64,000 nt of DNA, taken from the NCBI GenBank assembly GCA_964369665.1, contig CAYJFS010000003.1, forward strand, positions 180,081 through 244,080, in the 5' to 3' direction. The position numbers and the translations under genes were made by a program. The first letter of the stretch is position 1, and the number at the start of each line of letters is the position of its first letter. Of this stretch, positions 1 through 8,233 are shown piece after piece. The stretch comes from an uncultured Lawsonia sp. (GTDB lineage: Bacteria; Desulfobacterota; Desulfovibrionia; Desulfovibrionales; Desulfovibrionaceae). The notes under the pieces were generated by a model that was not told the origin of the DNA, ran no database searches, and saw only the letters and a program-made list of their open reading frames with translations.

Positions 1-1
1 T

Positions 2-1036
2 AAAGCATATCTTGAAGACCTACGTATAGAATTTGCAAAAGATTTCATTTTTCCCATGATGCGCTCTGGAGCTTTATACGAAGGTAGATATCTTTTAGGC
101 ACAGCTATTGCTCGCCCATTGATAACTAAAACACTCATAAAAATTGCACATGCTGAGCATGCTGATGCTATTGCCCATGGATCCACAGGTAAAGGCAATG
201 ATCAAGTACGGTTTGAACTTACTGCTGCTGCTCTTGATCCAAATATCCGTATTATTGCTCCATGGCGTGAATGGGATCTTCTATCCCGTTCAGCACTTAA
301 TAACTTTGCACAAAAACACAACATTCCCATTACTTCTTCAAATAAACATTATAGTATAGACAAAAATATGCTTCACTGTAGCTTTGAAGGCGGTGAACTT
401 GAAAATCCATGGGAAGAACCACATCAAGAATCCTATTCTATGTCTGTACCTATAGAACAAGCCCCTGATAAACCAGAATATATTACTCTTGAATTTGAAA
501 AAGGTAACCCTATAGCCCTTAATAATACTTACTTATCCCCTGATCAACTTATTATGGAACTGAATACTCTTGCAGGACGCCATGGTATTGGTCGTGTAGA
601 TATGGTAGAAAGTCGTTATGTTGGAATGAAATCCCGTGGCGTTTATGAAACACCTGGTGGAACAGTTATACATACGGCACACCAAGACCTTGAAGGTATT
701 ACGCTTGATCACATGACTTTACAAATCCGTAACCAACTTGTCCCTATATATGCAGATGCTATATATAATGGTTTTTGGTTTTCTCCAGAACGTGAAGCCA
801 TACAAGCATTTATGGATAAAGCTCAAGAAACAGTTTCTGGAATAGTCCGTGTTAAACTCTATAAAGGCAATGTCTGGCCCGTAGGGAGAACGTCACCAAA
901 TAGCCTATACATACCTGAAATCGCAACATTTGAAAAAGACACAACATATAGGCATGAAGATGCTACTGGATTTATCCGTCTTAATAGTTTACGTATTCGT
1001 GGCTACAAAAATAACTTAGCTGAGTTCTTGCCTTAA
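2..1036 (+). CDS. argG: argininosuccinate synthase, 3' portion (5' end lies upstream of the window)
   Basis: The frame is open from base 2 ([39 protein letters not shown]...), so the ATG at 56 is internal. The sequence is typical ArgG ([14 protein letters not shown], SxDxNxxHxSxEGG) and is followed by argH. Confidence 0.93.
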   Translation, partial: KAYLEDLRIEFAKDFIFPMMRSGALYEGRYLLGTAIARPLITKTLIKIAHAEHADAIAHGSTGKGNDQVRFELTAAALDPNIRIIAPWREWDLLSRSALNNFAQKHNIPITSSNKHYSIDKNMLHCSFEGGELENPWEEPHQESYSMSVPIEQAPDKPEYITLEFEKGNPIALNNTYLSPDQLIMELNTLAGRHGIGRVDMVESRYVGMKSRGVYETPGGTVIHTAHQDLEGITLDHMTLQIRNQLVPIYADAIYNGFWFSPEREAIQAFMDKAQETVSGIVRVKLYKGNVWPVGRTSPNSLYIPEIATFEKDTTYRHEDATGFIRLNSLRIRGYKNNLAEFLP

Positions 1037-1049
1037 CAAGGAACACCTT

Positions 1050-2441
1050 ATGTCTGAAAAAAAAATGTGGAGTGGACGATTTTCTGATCATACAACAAAT
1101 TTAGTTGAGGAGTATACACAGTCTCTAGATTATGACAAACACCTTTATACCCAAGAAATTCATGGATCAAAAGCTCATGTTCATATGCTTGCCCGTCAAG
1201 GCATTATTACCCTTATAGAAGCTGAAAAAATGCTTGATGCTCTCAATACTATTCATGAAGAAATAAAAAACAATACTTTCTCATGGAGAACTGACCTTGA
1301 AGATATTCATATGAATATTGAACACCGTCTTACGGAACTCATTGGTTCTATAGGTAAGAAAGTTCATACTGGTAGAAGCAGGAATGACCAGGTTGCTCTT
1401 GATATGAGACTTTTTACCTCTGATGCACTTCGCCTATGGAAAAGAGAGCTTCGTGAATTAATTGGTATATTTGTTGCTAAAGCAGAAGAACATAAAAAAA
1501 CTATCTTACCTGGTTATACACACCTCCAACCAGCTCAACCTATAAGTCTTGCACAACATCTTCTTGCCTATGCATGGATGTTTAAAAGAGACACAGAACG
1601 TGTACAAGAATGTGAACAACGTACACGCATTTCACCTTTAGGTGCTGGAGCCCTTGCAGGAACAACATACAATTTAGACCCCTATTCCATTACAAAAGAA
1701 TTAGATATGTATGGTGTTTTTGATAACAGTATGGATGCTGTCTCTGATCGTGATTTTGTTGTTGAAGCAATTTTTTGTGCAAGTGTTATAATGATGCATC
1801 TCTCACGTTTCTGTGAAGAAATCATCTTATGGTCAAACCCATCATTTGGTTTTATTCTTTTACCTGATGCATATGCAACAGGCTCATCTATTATGCCTCA
1901 GAAAAAAAATCCTGATGTTGCAGAACTTATGCGTGGTAAAGTTGGTAGTGTTTATGGAGCACTTTTTGCACTTTTTACTATACTAAAAGCCCTACCTTTA
2001 ACATACAATAGAGATTTACAAGAAGACAAAAAACACTTTATTGAAACACATACAACTATCTATACATCTCTAGCTCTCATGAGGGATATGCTTACAGCAC
2101 TCTCTTTCAACAATGAAAAAATGTCAGAAGCACTATCAAAGGGTTTTCTTAATGCTACTGAACTTGCAGACTACCTTGTCACAAAAGGGTTTTCATTTAG
2201 AGATGCACACCATACTACTGGTAAAATTGTCGTCCTAGCTGAACAAAAAGGTTGTGCTTTAGAAAAGCTAAGCCTTGAAGAGTTTAAGTCTATCTGTGAT
2301 ATTATTGAGTCAGATGTATTTCATGTCCTAGACTATAATACAGCTGTAGAACGTAGATGCACACATGGTAGTACAGGCTATACCTCCATAGAAGAACAAC
2401 TTCATACTATTAAAACATGGTTGCAATCTAAATATTCTTAA
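1050..2441 (+). CDS. argH: argininosuccinate lyase
   Basis: 463 aa. N-terminal MWSGRFS and the fumarate-lyase signature [12 protein letters not shown] are present. AAGGA lies about 9 nt upstream of the ATG. It is adjacent to argG. Confidence 0.95.
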   Translation: MSEKKMWSGRFSDHTTNLVEEYTQSLDYDKHLYTQEIHGSKAHVHMLARQGIITLIEAEKMLDALNTIHEEIKNNTFSWRTDLEDIHMNIEHRLTELIGSIGKKVHTGRSRNDQVALDMRLFTSDALRLWKRELRELIGIFVAKAEEHKKTILPGYTHLQPAQPISLAQHLLAYAWMFKRDTERVQECEQRTRISPLGAGALAGTTYNLDPYSITKELDMYGVFDNSMDAVSDRDFVVEAIFCASVIMMHLSRFCEEIILWSNPSFGFILLPDAYATGSSIMPQKKNPDVAELMRGKVGSVYGALFALFTILKALPLTYNRDLQEDKKHFIETHTTIYTSLALMRDMLTALSFNNEKMSEALSKGFLNATELADYLVTKGFSFRDAHHTTGKIVVLAEQKGCALEKLSLEEFKSICDIIESDVFHVLDYNTAVERRCTHGSTGYTSIEEQLHTIKTWLQSKYS

Positions 2442-2556
2442 TGTCCAGTAGAATACTTATATAAGCTCAATACATTCTATACTATAAATACCTAAATACA
2501 TTGCTATGCAAAAACTTATCTGATACTCCTGCTATACATTTTTATGGAAAAACCTT

Positions 2557-3609
2557 ATGCATAAAACAATAATTCATGGAATTGCACTTTTTTCAGGAGG
2601 TCTGGATAGCCTACTTGCAGCGAAAATTCTTGTAAAACAAGGGCTTAACATACACTGTCTCCATGCTGTTTCCCCTTTCTTTGGAAAACCACAGGCCATT
2701 CCACATTGGCAATCTATATATGGTTTATCTATCGAACCTATTGATATAAGTGCTGAATTTGTATCACTCCTTCGTCAAAAACCTAAATATGGTTTTGGTA
2801 AAGTCATGAATCCCTGTGTAGACTGCAAAATACTCATGATGCGTTTAGCTCATACCAAAATGAAAGAATTAGGTGCATCTTTTATTATATCTGGAGAAGT
2901 TATTGGTCAAAGACCTATGTCTCAAAGAAAAGACATGCTCAATTTTATTCCCAAGCATGCTGAAATATACGATATCCTCTTAAGACCTCTATCTGCAAAA
3001 CATTTACCACCAACAGAGCCTGAACACTCTGGTCTTGTTGATCGTTCAAAACTCCTTGGTTTTTTTGGTAGAGGAAGAAAAGCACAAATTGCTTTAGCAA
3101 AACAAATGGGTATTAAAGAGATACCAACACCTGCTGGTGGTTGCCGCCTTACAGAAAAAGATAGTGTTCACCGCTACTGGTCTGTATTAACTAAACTATC
3201 TGCTCCTTCTTCTAAAGACTTTTTTCTTGCTAATGTTGGGAGACAATATTGGCACAAAGATCACTGGCTTATTATTGGAAGAAATGAAGAAGAAAATACA
3301 AAACTTGAACAACTAGCATGTAGTTTGGATTTACTTATAAAAATAAAAGATTTTCCAGGACCTTTAGGCCTAGTAAGACAATTTGTACCTTGGGAATCCT
3401 CCATCATCCATAACGCTGCTGCATTAGTTGCTTCATATGCCCCAAAAGCAATGAAAGAAACAAAAAATATTACCATAACGATTCTTTCTCTAAAAGAAAC
3501 TTATGAGATTATTGTTCAACCTACAAGAACAAGCCTTTTTTCATGGAAAACAATACAATTTGAAGATCTTCGTGAGGCAATCAAACAAGACGTACAACTT
3601 ACAGTATAA
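2557..3609 (+). CDS. PP-loop ATP pyrophosphatase family protein (ThiI/MnmA-like putative tRNA sulfurtransferase)
   Basis: 350 aa. It has the N-terminal SGGLDS PP-loop, an NPCVDCK motif and a GEVIGQRPMSQ segment like the ThiI adenylation domain. The exact substrate cannot be assigned. Confidence 0.65.
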   Translation: MHKTIIHGIALFSGGLDSLLAAKILVKQGLNIHCLHAVSPFFGKPQAIPHWQSIYGLSIEPIDISAEFVSLLRQKPKYGFGKVMNPCVDCKILMMRLAHTKMKELGASFIISGEVIGQRPMSQRKDMLNFIPKHAEIYDILLRPLSAKHLPPTEPEHSGLVDRSKLLGFFGRGRKAQIALAKQMGIKEIPTPAGGCRLTEKDSVHRYWSVLTKLSAPSSKDFFLANVGRQYWHKDHWLIIGRNEEENTKLEQLACSLDLLIKIKDFPGPLGLVRQFVPWESSIIHNAAALVASYAPKAMKETKNITITILSLKETYEIIVQPTRTSLFSWKTIQFEDLREAIKQDVQLTV

Positions 3610-3657
3610 AAATAATGCTATCTTTATTCATTATTAAATTGAGCTAATCAGTAAATA

Positions 3658-3694
3658 AAAAGAGGATCCATCATACCTCAATGGATCCTCTTTT
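3658..3694. terminator. bidirectional rho-independent terminator between convergent genes
   Basis: Perfect 14-bp inverted repeat AAAAGAGGATCCAT (3658-3671) / ATGGATCCTCTTTT (3681-3694) with a 9-nt loop. The A-run and T-run give a U-tract on either strand. It sits between the 2557..3609(+) and 3791..4324(-) stops. Confidence 0.7.
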
Positions 3695-3790
3695 ACATAA
3701 TATATTCTAAATTTTTTTAGCCTAATATTAGTCAAAAACAATCTATAATAATACAAAAATACATAAAACTACTAAGCTGGCTACTTACTA

Positions 3791-4324
3791 TTATGTATTC
3801 CTTGCTACAAAACCTTGTACTTCAATCTCTGTGGAAGGAGAGCCAGCAATTTTTGACAAATATGTATCCCCTAATGTTTTGATATGTCCATCAACATTTA
3901 TGAAATAATTTACATGTACTTGCTCTTCAGCAATAACTGTTTCAAACAACTTGGCACTAATAGCATCGCCATTTTCTCTACAAATATTTAAAAACCTATT
4001 ATAATCTTCTATCGTTTTATCTTCTAGATCAACATTATATGGGAAGACAGCTTTAACATTCTGTCCTTTTGATACTTTTTCTGAAATTTCTGTTGTTGGT
4101 TCACCACCAATTTCTTTAATCCTCTCAGCAAACATCTCTGCATGCTTCATTTCATCCATAGCAATAAGCTTAACATTGGTTGCAAACTCTCCATAATCAG
4201 AATCATCTAAATTATAATGCTGGTTCATATATTGACTAATAGAAAACAACTCCATGCTTCGTGCCTTATTTAATACATCAATAACTCTTGAAATTTTTTC
4301 TTCTCTTTCTGTTTTTTGTGCCAT
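3791..4324 (-). CDS. bfr: bacterioferritin-family ferritin-like di-iron protein
   Basis: 177 aa. VIDVLNKARSMELFSISQY...MDEMKHAEMFAERI aligns by eye with E. coli Bfr (VINYLNKLLGNELVAINQY...IDEMKHADRYIERI). Confidence 0.8.
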   Translation of the reverse strand: MAQKTEREEKISRVIDVLNKARSMELFSISQYMNQHYNLDDSDYGEFATNVKLIAMDEMKHAEMFAERIKEIGGEPTTEISEKVSKGQNVKAVFPYNVDLEDKTIEDYNRFLNICRENGDAISAKLFETVIAEEQVHVNYFINVDGHIKTLGDTYLSKIAGSPSTEIEVQGFVARNT

Positions 4325-4979
4325 ATATAAATCCTCCTACAGCAGACCTAGCTATTTATAAATCAACATATAAATCAATAATAGTTATTCATTAAAAATA
4401 TATCAACATTATGTATCATAATTATTATAGACTATTAACATCAATTATAACATATCTGAAAACATGCTTAATACTCTGTCTATATTCAAAAATTAACTTC
4501 TATATAAACAAATTCACTATATTATTAAAATATATTTACTTAATAGTAACTATACAACTTAAAAAGTGTATTCCTTTCTATTAAATATAAAAAGTATTTT
4601 TTACTAGTTCTTGTCTCTAGTTATATTATTATAATTTAACAACTATGAATATATGATACAAAAATACTAATTATTGCCTGTATTATTTCCTCTTTACAGC
4701 CTTAGAATATCTAGTACTAACGAGATTACACATTAACAACATTTTTAATACCATATCAACTGAAATCTAGTTTATTACAAAATTTTCATACAAACTATAA
4801 ATTGCCCATACACCATACCTAAAATCATTTATTTTTATACATATAATAAAAAATATATAAACCAAACAAGAAGCACTTCTTATTGTACTACAAAACATAT
4901 CTTCATTTTAAATAACTGTAGATTATCTCTTCAAAGAACGTTACAAGACACATACTATTTAAGTTAGCAAGGAGCACAT

Positions 4980-6812
4980 ATGTGTGGAATAATCGCGTAT
5001 GTTGGACATAGACCAGCACTTCCTGTTGTTATTGAAGGCCTTCATCATTTAGAATATCGTGGCTATGACTCAGCAGGTGTTTGCTTTATACAAGGGAATA
5101 AACTACATACAATTAAAGCTGAGGGGAAGCTCTCTGCCCTAGAAAAAAAACTCTCTAGCTGCTCAACAGTACTTACAACAACGGCAATAGGCCATACCCG
5201 TTGGGCAACTCATGGAGCACCTTCTGAAAAAAATGCACACCCACATACTAATGAAAAACAAGATATTGCCATTGTACATAATGGAATCATTGAAAACCAC
5301 CAAGAACTTAAAGAACAACTTCTCCATCTAGGCTACTCCTTTGTTTCAGAGACAGATACAGAAGTTTTAGTACATCTTGTTACTGAAGGTTATAAAAAAA
5401 GTAACTCTATCCTACAAAGTTTTGCTTGGGCACTAAATCAAACTCATGGAAGCTATGCTGTTGCCCTTATAAGCAAATATGATCCTTCTACCATATTTGC
5501 TGCACGTAAATCTGCTCCCCTCATTCTTGGTGTTGGTGTTGGTGAAAACTTTATTGCCTCAGATATCCCAGCATTTCTCTCATATACAAAAGATGTTATT
5601 TTTTTAGAAGACTCTGAGATTGTCTGTATCACAAATAACACTTGGAATATTGCCAGCCTTTCTAGCTTAAGTCCTATAAAAAAACATATACATACTATTC
5701 CATGGGATATGCAGTCTGCTCAAAAAAGTGGATATAAGCACTTCATGCTCAAGGAAATCTTTGAACAGCCACAAGTCATTGCAGATTGTCTAAAAGGTAG
5801 ACTTGATTTTGCAAATAAAAAAATTCTTATACAAGAACTTGAGCATATGCCTATACCTAAACGCTTAACAATAGTAGCTTGTGGCTCATCATATCATGCA
5901 GGTATGTGGGGCAAAACTATTTTAGAAAACTGGGCAAAAATACCTACCAGCATAGAAATAGCTTCAGAGTTTCGTTATCAAGCTGGCCATACGTTAGCCC
6001 CTGAAGATATTATTATTGTTATTAGCCAATCTGGAGAAACAGCAGATACTCTTGCTGCACTCCATTTAGCAAAAGAAAAAGGCTGCATAGTAATAGCACT
6101 CTGTAATGTTATTGGTTCTAACATGACTCGTGAAGCAGATCTTACAATTTATACTCAAGCAGGCCCAGAAATAAGTGTTGCCTCTACAAAAGCTGTATGT
6201 AGTCAAATGATGCTTCTTATGCTTATAACTCTTTACTATACACAAATAAAAAATATTCTACCCACTAAAAACCTTGAATCCATCCTTAATGACATACAAA
6301 ACTTACCAGAAACAATAGAGCAAATATTACCTAGTTTGCAAAAGACAGCAAAAAAAATTGCTGCACAGTATGCCCATGTAGAGCACTTCTTCTTTCTAGG
6401 TAGAGGACAAGGGTACCCTCTAGCTCTAGAAGGATCTTTAAAGCTAAAAGAACTTTCGTATATTCATGCTGAAGCATACCCTGCTGGAGAAATGAAGCAT
6501 GGAGCCATTGCTCTTATTGATCAAAATTTCCCAACCATTGCTATTATTATGAAAGACCATTTAACTCAAAAGATAAAATCAAATATTGCTGAAATACAGG
6601 CTAGAGGAGGCTCTGTAATTGCTATTGCAAGTGACCAAGCAATATTAACCAATTTCTCTCCTGAATATCTATGGCTTATTCCAGAAAAAAACCTATGTAC
6701 AAGTTTCCTTATGCTTCCTGCAATGCAACTATTCAGTTATGAAGTAGCTGTATACCTTGGAAAAGATGTTGATCAACCAAGAAACTTAGCTAAAAGCGTT
6801 ACGGTAGAGTAG
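4980..6812 (+). CDS. glmS: glutamine--fructose-6-phosphate aminotransferase
   Basis: 610 aa. It has the N-terminal MCGI Cys nucleophile, two SIS domains and the C-terminal ...KSVTVE. AAGGAG lies upstream of the ATG. Confidence 0.97.
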   Translation: MCGIIAYVGHRPALPVVIEGLHHLEYRGYDSAGVCFIQGNKLHTIKAEGKLSALEKKLSSCSTVLTTTAIGHTRWATHGAPSEKNAHPHTNEKQDIAIVHNGIIENHQELKEQLLHLGYSFVSETDTEVLVHLVTEGYKKSNSILQSFAWALNQTHGSYAVALISKYDPSTIFAARKSAPLILGVGVGENFIASDIPAFLSYTKDVIFLEDSEIVCITNNTWNIASLSSLSPIKKHIHTIPWDMQSAQKSGYKHFMLKEIFEQPQVIADCLKGRLDFANKKILIQELEHMPIPKRLTIVACGSSYHAGMWGKTILENWAKIPTSIEIASEFRYQAGHTLAPEDIIIVISQSGETADTLAALHLAKEKGCIVIALCNVIGSNMTREADLTIYTQAGPEISVASTKAVCSQMMLLMLITLYYTQIKNILPTKNLESILNDIQNLPETIEQILPSLQKTAKKIAAQYAHVEHFFFLGRGQGYPLALEGSLKLKELSYIHAEAYPAGEMKHGAIALIDQNFPTIAIIMKDHLTQKIKSNIAEIQARGGSVIAIASDQAILTNFSPEYLWLIPEKNLCTSFLMLPAMQLFSYEVAVYLGKDVDQPRNLAKSVTVE

Positions 6813-6828
6813 TTTGGAAGAGTATTTT
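6813..6828. repeat. left arm of a 16-nt inverted repeat (TTTGGAAGAGTATTTT), starting 1 nt after the glmS stop
   Basis: Its reverse complement matches 7397..7412 at 15 of 16 positions, with an 11-nt perfect core TTTGGAAGAGT. Confidence 0.8.
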
Positions 6829-6857
6829 TTGAAAAAGCGTTTATGAGGGGAAACAAC

Positions 6858-7397
6858 ATGATTTTGATACTTGTTGCTTTAAAAGAGGAACTCAGAAAAG
6901 AAGATCTACCAGATTTTCAAATACATCATACTGGTGTAGGCAAGATAAATGCAGCAATCAAAACATTAGAAATAATAAAGAGATATTCTCCATCCTTAAT
7001 AATCAACTATGGAACTGCCGGAAGTTTAAACAAAAAATTGAATGGACTAGTTGAGGTAACAAAATTTTTTCAAAGAGATATGGATGTCACAGCATTAGGT
7101 TTTAAGGTTGGTCAAACTCCTTTTGATAATATTGAAGAAATAGATTTTGGAAAGAGTGGATACAGTTGTGGAACAGGAGACTCCTTTGTAACACAAACAC
7201 CAAAGTTGAAAACAGACCTTGTAGATATGGAGGCATATGCAATTGCAAAAATTTGTTACCTTCAAGATATAAATTTTAAATGTTTTAAATATATATCAGA
7301 TAGTGCAGATGCAGGTGCACGTGATGAATGGATTGAAAATGTATCAATTGGGAAAAAACTCTTTATAGAAAAAATGGGTAATTTCCCAGTTAATTGA
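6858..7397 (+). CDS. short PNP_UDP_1-family nucleosidase (MTA/SAH-nucleosidase-like)
   Basis: The ORF track starts at 6843, but GAGGGG (6845-6850) sits 7 nt before the ATG at 6858, which gives MILILVALKEE.... HHTGVGKINAA and the DMEAYAIA motif are typical of Pfs/MtnN-like nucleosidases. At about 179 aa it is shorter than canonical MtnN. Confidence 0.7.
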   Translation: MILILVALKEELRKEDLPDFQIHHTGVGKINAAIKTLEIIKRYSPSLIINYGTAGSLNKKLNGLVEVTKFFQRDMDVTALGFKVGQTPFDNIEEIDFGKSGYSCGTGDSFVTQTPKLKTDLVDMEAYAIAKICYLQDINFKCFKYISDSADAGARDEWIENVSIGKKLFIEKMGNFPVN

Positions 7398-7412
7398 AAA
7401 CACTCTTCCAAA
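7397..7412. repeat. right arm of the inverted repeat (AAAACACTCTTCCAAA), overlapping the last base of the nucleosidase stop codon
   Basis: It is the reverse complement partner of 6813..6828 (15/16). Confidence 0.8.
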
Positions 7413-8233
7413 ACAGTTGGTAACCATGGAAACTAGAGCATATTTTCAAACATACACAGCAAATGTAACAAAATATACCCAAAGACCAAAAACATATAAA
7501 GTCAATACTTCTACTGGCATAATTTCATATAATACACCAGCAATAAATACTGCTAAAAAATTATTAATAAATTCTCAGTAAAGACACTATAGTCATGTCT
7601 AACTCCTTCTGTACAACATAAATAAAAATAACACTATTACACTCTATTCTTATATTTACTATACTTACAGAGACATAACCAATAAATATACCATCTCTCT
7701 CTGATCAAGAACGTCTATATAATAGTAACAACTATCTATGATTGTGCAAATAATAACAAACCATACTATGTTAATAATGAAAAAATTCTAGTAAAAATAC
7801 CTATATTCAATACATATCAAGAAATAATAACTATATTTATACTTTTAAAAAAACTTTATAATCTGATGTAATCTTAAAAACATAGACTTCCTAATGACTA
7901 CCTATAAAAACTATTATCTTTTATTAACTAAAAATAATTAGTGAATTTTATCTATATACCTTCTCTATAAAAACTTTAATTATAGTAGCTTGTTATTATA
8001 AGAGCAACTATACTTTAAATATAATATTATATTAAAATATCTCTATATACTATTGAAAAATATTTTTTCTAACTTATTATTAATTAGAAATTATATCATC
8101 ATTATTCTATCCTTTCACAAAACTATACTTTGTAGTTAAAATATATAGCAGTATTCTATCTATTATCTATATTTAAAAAACTAAAAAATATAATCTATAA
8201 TAACAATAAAATCTTAATGACTTTAGTACCTAT

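Noticed and set aside
4325-4979. 655-bp divergent bfr/glmS spacer. I considered a glmS ribozyme and Fur-box-like elements: the direct repeat ATAAATCAA-CAT-ATAAATCAA and the palindrome AATAA-TAG-TTATT about 30-70 bp upstream of bfr.
   Set aside because: The glmS ribozyme is a Gram-positive element and no conserved core is visible. The Fur-like palindromes match the 19-bp consensus poorly when aligned and cannot be distinguished from background in such AT-rich DNA.
6813-7412. Possibility that the element downstream of glmS is a Tn7-like transposon insertion.
   Set aside because: There are no tnsABCD-like or other transposase genes and no multi-copy Tn7-end repeats. Only a single small gene and one inverted-repeat pair are present, which I kept as a finding in that reduced form.
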